Under the pieces are notes generated by a model that was not told the DNA's origin, did no database searches, and saw only the letters and a program-made list of their open reading frames with translations. Both the position numbers and the translations under genes were made by a program. A DNA stretch of 32,000 nt from Candidatus Electrothrix yaqonensis (GTDB lineage: Bacteria; Desulfobacterota; Desulfobulbia; Desulfobulbales; Desulfobulbaceae), in contig CP178758.1 in NCBI GenBank assembly GCA_047651235.1, forward strand, positions 1,200,001 to 1,232,000. Direction: 5' to 3'. Below, one piece after another: positions 17,375-26,233 of this stretch. Each line of letters opens with the position of its first letter. Within the stretch, counting starts at the first letter, position 1.

Positions 17375-18199
17375 TTACCCCTTTGGCCTGATCGCCTCAA
17401 TCGTTGCGGAAACAACATAGTCTTCGATCCCGCTGCCGGGCACCCAGGTTTGGATAAACTCTCTGCTCTCGTCTTTCGGTTGGATTTCTATTGCAGAAAA
17501 CCCTGCCTCTGTAAGCATATGTTGAATATCCGTCATTGATGATGCTCCGGAAATGCAGCCGGTAAGCATTGCCATATCTTTTTTTAGCGTTTCCGGGAGT
17601 TCTGCAGTGGCGACGACATCTGAAACAGCCAAGCGTCCGCCGGGCTTCAGTACTCGGAACATTTCCGTGAAGACTTTTGCTTTTTCAGGAGATAAGTTGA
17701 TCACACAATTGGAGATAATGACATCCACAGTTGCGTCGGCAACCGGCAGGTATTCTATCTCTCCGAGACGAAAACTGACGTTGCTGTACCCTGCACTGTC
17801 GGCATTTTTTCGTGCCCTGGTAACCATCTCCGGTGTCATGTCAACACCGATAACCTGTCCCGATTCCCCGACCTCCTTGGCGGCAAGAAAACAGTCAAAG
17901 CCGCCGCCGCTCCCTAAATCAAGGACGGTTTCACCGGGTTGCAGTGACGCGATAGCCTGAGGATTTCCGCAGCCCAAACCCAAGTTCGCGCCATCCGGGA
18001 CTTCATCAACATCAGTCTTTGAGTAGCCGAGTCCTATCGAGGTGTTCTTTACATCAGGGGCCGATGGTGTGCAGCATGAGGTTGCTGAACACCCGCAACC
18101 TGAAATGCCGGATTCGGCCACCTTGCCGTATTCCTCACGAACGGCATTACGAATATGGTCATGAGCTGATTGTGCCATTTCTATCTCCCGGAGTTTCAT
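17375..18199 (-). CDS. arsM: Arsenite S-adenosylmethionine methyltransferase (ArsM-type class I SAM MTase)
   Basis: The SAM motif VLDLGSGGGFD is present, along with the ArsM cysteines (SGCGCSATSCC, GLGCGNP, SNCVINL, LTGCISGA). The C-terminus ...DYVVSATIEAIRP is typical of the family. An alternative start is the ATG at 18178 (MAQSAHD...) with a GGGAG SD. Confidence 0.85.
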   Translation of the reverse strand: MKLREIEMAQSAHDHIRNAVREEYGKVAESGISGCGCSATSCCTPSAPDVKNTSIGLGYSKTDVDEVPDGANLGLGCGNPQAIASLQPGETVLDLGSGGGFDCFLAAKEVGESGQVIGVDMTPEMVTRARKNADSAGYSNVSFRLGEIEYLPVADATVDVIISNCVINLSPEKAKVFTEMFRVLKPGGRLAVSDVVATAELPETLKKDMAMLTGCISGASSMTDIQHMLTEAGFSAIEIQPKDESREFIQTWVPGSGIEDYVVSATIEAIRPKG

Positions 18200-18255
18200 T
18201 AAAGAAGGCTGACCTCAGATAGAATATTTATACCGAATATCTTCGGCTGCCTTTA

Positions 18256-21200
18256 TCACTGCAGCAGCCCGTCAATCTCGGCAAAAACCTGCCTGTCCGT
18301 GAAATGCTTAACCTTGGCCGCGCCGCTGGGACAATGGCCTGCACAGCTGCCGCAGCCCTTACACACCGCCTCGTTGACCTCGCTGACGCCTTTATAGGCA
18401 TTAAAGGTAATTGCCCCGTAGGCGCAGAGTCCGATACAGGCCTGGCAGCCGATGCAGATGTCCGGGTCAATCCCGGAAACCATCGGCGAGATTTCCACCG
18501 TACCGGAGGAGCTCAAGGCCAGGCATTCCGATGCCGCGCCTTTGGCCTGGGCCACGGTATCCGGGATATCCTTGGGTCCCTGACAGACCCCGGCCAGAAA
18601 AACGCCGCTGGACGGCGTAGACACCGGTTCCATTTTCGGATGCTCCTCCTGGAAAAAACCGCTCGGCCCGGTGCTGATGCCGAAGGTGCGGGCCACGTCC
18701 AGGGCATCCTTGCGCGGCTCGATAGCCATGCAGAGAATCGCCATTTCCACATTAATTTCCACCATTCTGCCGGACAGGGTGTCTTCGGCCCGGACAACCA
18801 GGGTTTTATCTTCCAGCTCGTTGATCTGCCCGGCTTTGCCCCGGATCATGCGTACGCCTTCAGCCTGCACCTTTTGGTAGAACTCCTCATACCCCTTGCC
18901 GAAGCAGCGCATATCAATATAGAAATTATAGACCTGCGTGTCATGGCCGCATTTATCTTTGAGCAGATGGGCAAACTTCAAGGCATACATACAGCAGACC
19001 CGTGAACAGTACTCATGATGATTTATATCCCGGCTGCCGATGCAGTGCAGGATGGCCACGCTTTTCGGAATCTTGGTGAACTCGCCCTGGTCATCCCGGA
19101 TGCGGATTTTACCGGAAGTAGGACCGGTGGCGTTGCTCAGGCGCTCAAACTCAAAGCTGGTGAACACATTGCGGTGTCTGCCATAGCCGTACTGAGACAT
19201 CGGGGTCGGGTCCATCAGGTCAAAGCCGGTAGCCACGACAATGGAGCCGACATCCAGCTCCAGTTTTTCCGGCTGCATATCATGGTCAATGGCCTTGGGC
19301 ATACAGGCATCCACGCACTGATAGCATTCGGAGCAGACAGCGCATTCCAAGCAGCGTCTGACCTCCCGCTGCACCTGCTCCTCTGTGAGGCTGCTGAGGA
19401 TCTCCCGGAAATTGCCATTCCGTTCCTTCAGGGGCAGGCGGGCCGGGCGTTCCCGTTTCATCATTTTTGTGCCGTTCAGCTCAGGTTTGACATACTCCCA
19501 CGTTCTTTCCCGGCCCTCTTCAAGGGATTTGCCGTTCAAGAAGCGATCAATACTCTCAGCTGCCTGTTTGCCGGATTCAATGGCTTCCACCACGGAACGT
19601 GGTCCATACACCGCATCCCCTCCGGCGAAAATCCAGCTTTTCGGGGACTGGAGGGTCAGCGGATCAACATCCAAGCCGCCCCGGTTGGTGACAGCAATAT
19701 TCTGATCATCGGTAAAATCCAGCTCGGCGCTCTGGCCGATGGCCACAATCACGGTGTCCGCGTTCAGAGTAGTCAGCTCGCCTTCATCGTACTGGGGCCG
19801 GAAGGCACCGTCCGCATCAAACACGGCTGTGCAGCGTTTAAACTCTACGCCGGAGCAGATGTTATCTTTGCCGATGAACTGTTTCGGGCCCAGCGAGTTG
19901 ATGATCTCCACCTTTTCCTCCAAGGCTTCTTCGACTTCATAATCCCAGGCAGGCATTTCGTCGCGTTTTTCCAAGCAGATCAGAGTGACGTTTTCAGCGC
20001 CCACCCTTTTGGCGGTCAGGGCCACATCAACAGCCACATTGCCGCCGCCGATCACGATGACCTCTTTGCCCACAGCCATATCTCTACCCAAGGCAACATT
20101 CCGCAGAAAGGCCACGCCCGGCAGGATGCCCTGCATGTCCTCGCCCGGCACACCCAGGGCGCGGCTGCCGTGCAGACCGGTACCGATGAACAGGGCCTTA
20201 TAACCTTCCTTGCGCAGGCCTTCCGTAGTGACGTCTCTGCCGAGGGCGGTGTTTGTTTTGATTTCAACGCCCAGTTTTTCGATCATGCCGATTTCTTTGG
20301 CCAGAATATCCTGCGGCAGGCGGTATTCGGGAATCCCCACGGCCATCATGCCGCCCTTGACCGGCAGTTTTTCAAAGATTGTGACCTGATAGCCTTTCTG
20401 GGCTAGATAATAGGCTGCAGTCAGCCCGGCCGGACCTGAACCGACCACGGCCACTTTTTCCTCCCGCTTCTCGGCAACCTCCGGCAGGTACGGCTCGTCT
20501 GCAGCCAGATCAAGATCAGCAAGGTAGCGGTGCAGATGCTGGATGGCCATAGGCTGATCCGCATCTCCCCGTGTGCAGGCTCCTTCACAGGGATGATGAC
20601 AGACCCGGCCGCAGGTGGCAGGAAAGGGATGCTCCTTTTTAAAGAGCCGCACAGCTTCTTTGTACTTGCCTAACTCCATCAGGGCGATGAACCCCTGAAT
20701 GCTGACATGGGCCGGACAGGTGGCCTTGCACGGGGCAGTCCCTTTTTTGTCAATGATATAGGTAATGGGCACTGCCTGGGGAAACGAACGGTAGATGGCC
20801 TTGCGGTCAGCAATGCCCACATCCCACTCGTTGGGCCGGGTAATGGGACATACCTTGGCGCAGTCGCCGCAGCCGGTGCAGATTCCCTCTTTCACGTATC
20901 TGGGCTTTTTATCCACTTTGACCTTGAAATTGCCGACAAAGCCCTCCACCTCTTCCACTTCCGCATGGGTGATCAGTTCGATATTCGGGTGCTGGCCCAC
21001 GGCAACCATTTTCGGGGTGCCGATACAGGCGGCGCAGTCTAGGGTGGGAAAGGTTTTATCGTACTGGAGCATGTGATTGCCCACAGTGGAGCCCTTTTCT
21101 ACGAGATAAACCTTGTACCCGGCCTTGGCAATATCCAGGGATGCCTGCATTCCAGCAATACCGCCGCCTACCACCAAGGTATTGGTGTTGACGGAGAATT

Positions 21201-21612
21201 TGCTCGGAATGAGCGGACTCTGTCTGGTCACCCTGGTAATACCGGCCCTGACCACGGTTTTAGCTTTTTCCGTGGCCTCATCCTCATCTTCTGTGACCCA
21301 GGAGACATGCTCCCGGACGCAGACCATGTGGAATGCCTTGTAGGGATTCAGCCCGGCCCGCTGACAGGCAGCCCGGAAGGTCTTTTCATGCATTCTCGGC
21401 GAACAGGAGGCAACGACAACGCAGTCAAGATTATGCTCTTTGATGTCTGTTTCCACCAGCTCTTGTCCGGGGTCAGAACACATGAAGAGATAATCACGGC
21501 CCACCACCACGCCGGGCAGGGTCGTTGCATATTCAGCAACTTCTTGAACCCGGACTCTGTAGGCGATATTGATCCCGCAGTGACAAATATAAAATCCTAT
21601 GCGCTTCGACAT
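18256..21612 (-). CDS. hdrL: HdrA-like / GltD(NfnB)-like fusion flavoprotein ('HdrL'-type, 1118 aa)
   Basis: HdrA N-terminal Cys domain (IGFYICHCGINIA...VVASCSPRMH) and FAD fold LVVGGGIAGMQASLDIAKAGYKV. A glutamate-synthase-small-subunit-like segment is inserted (CPAHVSIQGFIALMELGKYKEAVRLFKKEHPFPATCGRVCHHPCEGACTRG, then VAVVGSGPAGLTAAYYLAQKGY and VIVIGGGNVAVDVA). The sequence then returns to HdrA motifs (LHCIGSRD...YCSRVCCMYALK) and ends in a 2x[4Fe-4S] domain (CIGCQACIGLC, CKGCGSCAGHCP). GGAGAA SD. Confidence 0.85.
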   Translation of the reverse strand: MSKRIGFYICHCGINIAYRVRVQEVAEYATTLPGVVVGRDYLFMCSDPGQELVETDIKEHNLDCVVVASCSPRMHEKTFRAACQRAGLNPYKAFHMVCVREHVSWVTEDEDEATEKAKTVVRAGITRVTRQSPLIPSKFSVNTNTLVVGGGIAGMQASLDIAKAGYKVYLVEKGSTVGNHMLQYDKTFPTLDCAACIGTPKMVAVGQHPNIELITHAEVEEVEGFVGNFKVKVDKKPRYVKEGICTGCGDCAKVCPITRPNEWDVGIADRKAIYRSFPQAVPITYIIDKKGTAPCKATCPAHVSIQGFIALMELGKYKEAVRLFKKEHPFPATCGRVCHHPCEGACTRGDADQPMAIQHLHRYLADLDLAADEPYLPEVAEKREEKVAVVGSGPAGLTAAYYLAQKGYQVTIFEKLPVKGGMMAVGIPEYRLPQDILAKEIGMIEKLGVEIKTNTALGRDVTTEGLRKEGYKALFIGTGLHGSRALGVPGEDMQGILPGVAFLRNVALGRDMAVGKEVIVIGGGNVAVDVALTAKRVGAENVTLICLEKRDEMPAWDYEVEEALEEKVEIINSLGPKQFIGKDNICSGVEFKRCTAVFDADGAFRPQYDEGELTTLNADTVIVAIGQSAELDFTDDQNIAVTNRGGLDVDPLTLQSPKSWIFAGGDAVYGPRSVVEAIESGKQAAESIDRFLNGKSLEEGRERTWEYVKPELNGTKMMKRERPARLPLKERNGNFREILSSLTEEQVQREVRRCLECAVCSECYQCVDACMPKAIDHDMQPEKLELDVGSIVVATGFDLMDPTPMSQYGYGRHRNVFTSFEFERLSNATGPTSGKIRIRDDQGEFTKIPKSVAILHCIGSRDINHHEYCSRVCCMYALKFAHLLKDKCGHDTQVYNFYIDMRCFGKGYEEFYQKVQAEGVRMIRGKAGQINELEDKTLVVRAEDTLSGRMVEINVEMAILCMAIEPRKDALDVARTFGISTGPSGFFQEEHPKMEPVSTPSSGVFLAGVCQGPKDIPDTVAQAKGAASECLALSSSGTVEISPMVSGIDPDICIGCQACIGLCAYGAITFNAYKGVSEVNEAVCKGCGSCAGHCPSGAAKVKHFTDRQVFAEIDGLLQ

Positions 21613-21672
21613 ATCAGTTTCTCCTGATCACAGCTCGTTTTTCCGACCGAAATTTCTTTTTAATTTTTCTTT

Positions 21673-23970
21673 TCAATTCTTTTCGTCAGATATCGCCAAG
21701 GACTGCAGGAGCAGCTCCGCGATATCAAGGACAGCGATTTTCTGCTCAAGCCCGCGCTGCCGGACAGCGTCGTTGAGCATTCTGAGGCAATAGGGACAGG
21801 CAACAGCAATAATGTCCGCGCCCGCATCAAGGGCTTCCTGCACCCGCACCGTGCCGAAACTCTCGTCGGACTGCGGCTTGAAGATTCCCCCGCCGCCTCC
21901 GCCGCAGCAGAGGCTCTGCTTCCGGTTATGCCGCATCTCAACTAGGGTGAATCCAGGAATGCTGCCGAGAATCTGACGCGGGGCATCATAGACAGCATTG
22001 TAGCGCCCCAGATAACAGGGGTCATGATAGGTGACGGTCCGGCGCATCTCCTTGACCGGATGAATGGCCCCTTCCTCAATCAGGCGCCAAAGCAGCTCGG
22101 TGTAATGTTCCGCAGGCAGGTTCAGGCCCTCATAATATTGGCTGAATGCGGTCAGGCAGTGCGGCGAGGCGGTCACCAGCTTCCGGACACCCGATTCGGT
22201 GAAGGCTGCTGTATTCTTTTCCGCCAGTTTACTGAAGGAGGCGGTATCTCCGCCCCGATGAGCCGGGTCACCGCAGCAGTTTTCTTTATCGCCCAAGGAG
22301 CCGACAGAGACATTGGCGGCTTTCAGCAACTGCTGCAGGGCCAGACCCGCCTTTCTGTTCCGCTGCTCCGGTGTATCGTCGTATGCGGTGGTGCAGCAGG
22401 TAAAAAGGCAGTATTCGGTTTCCGGGGTGACAGCAGGAAGCGCGGCCTCCCCGGCCCAGGTGGACCGTTTTGCCGGATCGCCCTGCCACGGATTGTTCTG
22501 TTCGTTCAGGCTGCGCAGCGGTGTCTGTAGATAATCGGGCGTCTGACCGGACTGGATATTCCGCTGCCGGACGGCCCTGGTCACATCAATGATCTCAATG
22601 CCCCGTGGACAACTTTCCACACAGGCATTGCAGGTCATGCAGTTCCAGACGTTCCGGTCCACCTCTTCGACAGTGGCCGCATCCGTGGTGATCGCCCGCA
22701 GTATCCGACGCGCGCTGTACGAGGAGACATTATTGACCGGACAGACTGCAGTGCAGGTGCCGCACTGCATACAGGCCATAAAGGTTTCATCAATATCTTT
22801 TTTCAGGGAGTCGGCATTGATCGTAGATTTCTGCGTGGCTTTATCTTTGATTGCAGACAGAAAAAGTGCTAATGGCCTGTAGAGGAGATGCGAAAGTTTC
22901 CCGAACGGAAGCATGATGCAGAGCATGCCGACGCAGACAGCAACATGGAACACATAAATGGTGTATGTGGCAATCGGCCAGCCAGCAAGGCGGAAAAAAT
23001 GAACCATGATTCCGGTGACTGCAATCACAAACAGCAGAATCGGAAAGAACACATCGCTGAAATCCGAGTATCGATGATTCTTTTCCTTCCTGACCTTCCA
23101 CCTGCTATACAATATATTCCCGGAAACAAGCATGAAAACGACAGCAGCATAGTAGCCAAAGATGCGGGTCGGATGCCAGAAAGGATGCACAATATCTGTC
23201 TGGAAAACATTGAGATAACCAATCACAAGGATTTCCATGATGACATAGGCGGAAAAGAGCAAAAGGTGCCGCAGCCATCTTCTGTCAGGCTTGGAATCGC
23301 ATTTGCCCCACCTTTTCTGGGTGAAGTAATTAACAATAAAGACAGGTAGTTGTCGCGCGTGCTGCAGAAGGGAATACTTTTTTCCCTGCATGACGCCTGA
23401 ATACATTCGGAAGCCGTTTGAAAGGAGGAGCAGGGTCAGGGCGGCAATCAGAATCAGGTCGGCGACATGCACCCAATGCGCAGGTGCAAAGGTGTTCAGT
23501 GCCACACGGTCGGTGACAACCTGACCATGCGTGAAGAGAAAAAGGAGAATAACGCTGAACATGACAGCAAGGAATCCGCCTATCTGCCATTTGCTTGATG
23601 CGTAAAATTTTCCGGAAAGACCAGTCCAGTCAAATTGCGTGATCATCCAACGGCGGGCCGCCATCATGGTTTCCGCCGGTTCCGCTCCGCGAGGACACTG
23701 AAGATTGCATTCGCCGCAATAGTAGCACAGCCACGGTTCAGGCGAAGTAAGCAGTTTGTCTTTCAGGCCGAGCTGAATATATCGATATATTTTCCGGGGG
23801 AAAGAATTCGTGCCCTCGGACAGAGGGCAGGATGCGGTGCAGATACCACACTGCATGCACAGTTCCATGTCTCTGGCGCCTAATTCCTCAAGTTCCTTGT
23901 GCAATTCCTGGTCAATACCGTACTGTTTCAAAATTATCTCCTTGCTTGCGTCAAATCCGTTGCCTTTCAA
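21673..23970 (-). CDS. Membrane-bound Fe-S/CCG oxidoreductase: ferredoxin domain + multi-TM (DsrM/NarI-like) domain + HdrD/DsrK-like ferredoxin + CCG domains in one polypeptide
   Basis: CMQCGICTASCP...CYYCGECNLQCPRG, then about 6 hydrophobic helices containing His residues, then CMQCGTCTAVCP...CMTCNACVESCPRG. CCG-type motifs follow (FTCCTTAYD, NCCGDPA, HDPCYLGR, LCCGGGGG, VACPYC). The likely true start is the TTG at 23931, preceded by AAGGAG at 6 nt; the track start at 23970 is also a TTG. Confidence 0.8.
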   Translation of the reverse strand: MKGNGFDASKEIILKQYGIDQELHKELEELGARDMELCMQCGICTASCPLSEGTNSFPRKIYRYIQLGLKDKLLTSPEPWLCYYCGECNLQCPRGAEPAETMMAARRWMITQFDWTGLSGKFYASSKWQIGGFLAVMFSVILLFLFTHGQVVTDRVALNTFAPAHWVHVADLILIAALTLLLLSNGFRMYSGVMQGKKYSLLQHARQLPVFIVNYFTQKRWGKCDSKPDRRWLRHLLLFSAYVIMEILVIGYLNVFQTDIVHPFWHPTRIFGYYAAVVFMLVSGNILYSRWKVRKEKNHRYSDFSDVFFPILLFVIAVTGIMVHFFRLAGWPIATYTIYVFHVAVCVGMLCIMLPFGKLSHLLYRPLALFLSAIKDKATQKSTINADSLKKDIDETFMACMQCGTCTAVCPVNNVSSYSARRILRAITTDAATVEEVDRNVWNCMTCNACVESCPRGIEIIDVTRAVRQRNIQSGQTPDYLQTPLRSLNEQNNPWQGDPAKRSTWAGEAALPAVTPETEYCLFTCCTTAYDDTPEQRNRKAGLALQQLLKAANVSVGSLGDKENCCGDPAHRGGDTASFSKLAEKNTAAFTESGVRKLVTASPHCLTAFSQYYEGLNLPAEHYTELLWRLIEEGAIHPVKEMRRTVTYHDPCYLGRYNAVYDAPRQILGSIPGFTLVEMRHNRKQSLCCGGGGGGIFKPQSDESFGTVRVQEALDAGADIIAVACPYCLRMLNDAVRQRGLEQKIAVLDIAELLLQSLAISDEKN

Positions 23971-24575
23971 TTTTTCGCAGTCTTCCGATATCCTCTGTCT
24001 CCTTGTCTGCCGACCGGAACCGGGCAGAAAACCTGTTCTGATTTTTTCGGCTTGTCGTGGTGGCTCATTGTGGTCTATCGCTTTATTTTATCCTGTGATC
24101 AGGATATCCACACCGTGTTACTATGCAGTATCTGATGAATTGGAGAGAGTTGTCGTATTTGATCGTTTAATCAGTATGATCCAAGATATTTCCGGAGCTG
24201 TGTTCGGACAAGATCAAACTGCAAAACGAAGCCACTATAATCAGGTCGGGACAAAAATGAAACAATTAAAAATAAAAATTTAAGGCGTACGGTTATGGAA
24301 TTACAGCTCAAAAAGACACGGTGTGGTATTTTTCGTTATGTCGGAATTAAAACTGCAATCCTTCCGGCAAAACAAAAAATATGTCAGGAGATGAGACAGA
24401 TCCGTGTTTCCAGTCTGTACATGAGTGCGGAGGTGGACTTACAGATATCTTTCTCAGGGGGAAACACTTTGTATTTTCAGGCCAAAGAGGGCATAATACA
24501 AGTTATACAATATACATATCACTTTGCGTCAGGCAGCCTCCCCCCTGCTGCCGCAGCCCTGGCGAGGAAGACAGG

Positions 24576-24958
24576 ATGAAAAGACAGCTGAGGTATTTTT
24601 TTCTTGGAGTAATATCAGTCGCGGCAACCATCAATCCGGTGTATGCCGACTGGCAAGACGTCGGTACTCCCGGATTTTCTGCCGGTGAGGTTAAATGCCG
24701 GTGAGGTTAAATATACGACCCTTGCCCTGAACAGCAGGTACCCTATGTGGCTTATATGGATACGGCAAACGGGAACAGAATCAGTGTGATGCGTTTTGAC
24801 GGCACCTCCTGGATTCAAGTCGGTGCACATGGTTTCTCTGCCGGAAAGATCCGTGATATCAGCCTTGCCGTAGATAAGAGTCCTTATTTGATGCAGCTCA
24901 TGAGAATAAATCCAGCGTGATGAAGTTTGTCAGGGGAAGTGTCCGCCCCGCAGAGTGA
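24576..24958 (+). pseudogene. Decayed gene for a secreted tandem-repeat protein (signal peptide + repeats of the type GFSAG..(K/R)....LA(L/V)...PY(V/L)...D....N..SVM(K/R)F..(G)..W)
   Basis: ATG at 24576 with a GAGGAAG SD and the signal peptide MKRQLRYFFLGVISVAATINPVYA. The repeat can be followed only by hopping frames: a 16-bp tandem duplication (24681-24712) introduces a TGA, a further indel lies near 24735, and another lies near 24885. Repeat 1 is PYVAYMDTANGNRISVMRFDGTSWIQVGAHGFSAGKIRDISLAVDKSPY. Repeat 2 is ...FDAAHENKSSVMKFVRGS.... Confidence 0.5.
24681..24712 (+). repeat. Perfect 16-bp tandem duplication (gccggtgaggttaaat x2) causing a frameshift
   Basis: Read directly from the sequence: 24681-24696 equals 24697-24712. 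Confidence 0.9.
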
Positions 24959-25269
24959 TGAATCCCCTCCGGATTTATGCTTTATCCGCACAGAGAGCGG
25001 AGTAGTTGTTGTATCCTGTTTTTGCGGCAATATCCGGATCAACCGCCCTGCCCTCCTTCCGTTCTCGGTCTGCGGGTCTACGATACAAAAAAACAGGCGC
25101 TCAACGTTTTCTTCTGTATAGCATTTTCATATTGAGTAAGCATCACAAGCCGCAACGCCGAAAACAGGGTCGGGCCATCTCTGCGTCAATCAGATTCAGC
25201 AACATTATCCGTTATAAAGTTCATTCAAACTGAGGAGCATCACTTCTTCATGACACTCCTCTCCAAAAT

Positions 25270-25461
25270 TTACTCTTTAGTAATACAGTCTGCAGGACAT
25301 GAAGCTATCGACTCCTCAACGCAGTCCTCTTCCGCATTGGCACCTTCATTAACATATGCCTTTCCTTCAGCATTATCAAACGAAAATACTGAGGGGCACA
25401 TTTCAACACAGGTTTCACAGCCAATACATTCTTCCTGATCAAGAACTACTTTTTCTGACAT
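25270..25461 (-). CDS. Small [4Fe-4S]/[3Fe-4S] ferredoxin (63 aa)
   Basis: CIGCETCVEMCP ... CVEESIASCP is the mono-cluster ferredoxin pattern. The ATG at 25461 is preceded by GAGGTG. The track's GTG start at 25470 is part of that SD. Confidence 0.85.
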   Translation of the reverse strand: MSEKVVLDQEECIGCETCVEMCPSVFSFDNAEGKAYVNEGANAEEDCVEESIASCPADCITKE

Positions 25462-25563
25462 AATAATCACCTCTTTTTTTATTATCTACTTACTCTTTCA
25501 GACAGACTTTGCTTCTACTTCTTGTTCCGTTAAGCAGGTGTGCTCTTTTTCTCATCCTCTTCA

Positions 25564-25779
25564 TCATTCATCTGAACAGTCACATGCTAACTGGCTCCCT
25601 GCTGGTAAACAATCGCCTCTCCAGCAGCAATCCACCTGCTCGCAGGCAACATTGTCTGATTGAAAACAGGGGAAATTACCCTCCTCAATCTGGATAGCGT
25701 GGATCAGGTCAATTTTATTCATTTTTCCAGCGTCAATATCCATTTCTGAAGCTTTCTTCTTAACGTCCTTGATGTTCAT
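25564..25779 (-). CDS. SAP/Rho_N-like miniprotein with a Cys-rich C-terminus (71 aa)
   Basis: MNIKDVKKKASEMDIDAGKMNKIDLIHAIQIEEGN resembles the Rho-N/SAP helix-extended-helix motif. It is followed by FPCF....C....CCWRGDC......C.C. AAAGGAG SD. It lies upstream of and co-oriented with the ferredoxin. Confidence 0.6.
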   Translation of the reverse strand: MNIKDVKKKASEMDIDAGKMNKIDLIHAIQIEEGNFPCFQSDNVACEQVDCCWRGDCLPAGSQLACDCSDE

Positions 25780-25809
25780 AATTCACACTCCTTTGTTTTT
25801 GGATTTGTA

Positions 25810-26233
25810 CTATTTTCCTCTTACGGGCCAAAGGTAAAATTCTGACAGCGGTTTATAGCCAACACCGACTGCACCATCTACCATATAGAGTACCCATGCA
25901 TAACTCTTATCATACATGCTTGTGCTTGAAGACCAATAAAACTCCTGAACATCTTTGAATACATGATCAGCTGGCAAAGCCGGGGAATGTTGGCTTAAGT
26001 CTGTCAGGCTCTCCAGTTCAAGAACATTCGGGACTCGCCAATCATTATAGCCATATGCCGTTTCACTGTTCATCGTTGAAATGAAACGAAAAGCAGAATT
26101 CCAATCCATTGTGGTTTTGGCGACATTTGCATTTCGCAACTATATCAAACCGGTATCATTGTCATAGACAGTCTGTTCATTTTCAGTAAAACGATCCCTG
26201 GAAAACTTTAAACCTTTATATGCATCAGAGAAG
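25810..26233 (-). pseudogene. 3' part of an IS-disrupted gene: DUF1566 (Lcl C-terminal-like) domain with an in-frame TAG
   Basis: RDRFTENEQTVYDNDTGLI*LRNANVAKTTMDWNSAFRF...YGYNDWRVPNVLELESL...FYWSSSTS...AWVLYMVDGAVG...WPVRGK follows the DUF1566 pattern. The TAG at 26140-26142 sits where the family has W (TGLxW). The frame is continuous with 27434..27826 once the IS is removed. Confidence 0.75.
26224..26233. repeat. Target-site duplication, left copy (ATCAGAGAAG)
   Basis: An identical 10-mer directly abuts both IS ends (26224-26233 and 27434-27443). Confidence 0.85.

Noticed and set aside
19015-20406. 463-aa + strand ORF (and 18304..19005, 21073..21627) opposite the HdrL-type gene
   Set aside because: Same reasoning: long open antisense frames are expected at about 60% GC, there are no recognisable domains, and they overlap a strongly supported minus-strand CDS completely.
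6945-23970. Selenocysteine (TGA) recoding in Hdr/MvhD genes, prompted by selB in the same window
   Set aside because: All Hdr-type, MvhD and FrhB-like genes are uninterrupted ORFs with Cys at the positions where Sec variants are known. I saw no same-frame ORF pairs split by TGA.
24295-24579. 94-aa + strand ORF, and the 5' part of 24381..24704
   Set aside because: The region is AT-rich with no SD, motif or hydrophobic pattern. Only the part from the ATG at 24576 (SD + signal peptide) looks like a former gene.
24927-25233. Short + strand ORFs 24927..25121 and 25006..25233
   Set aside because: There are no start context or motifs. This is probably degenerate DNA left from the decayed repeat-protein gene.
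26140-26142. In-frame TAG read as pyrrolysine
   Set aside because: The codon aligns with the conserved Trp of the DUF1566 TGLxW motif (TGG->TAG is a single transition). The gene is also broken by an IS, and nothing in the window suggests Pyl machinery.
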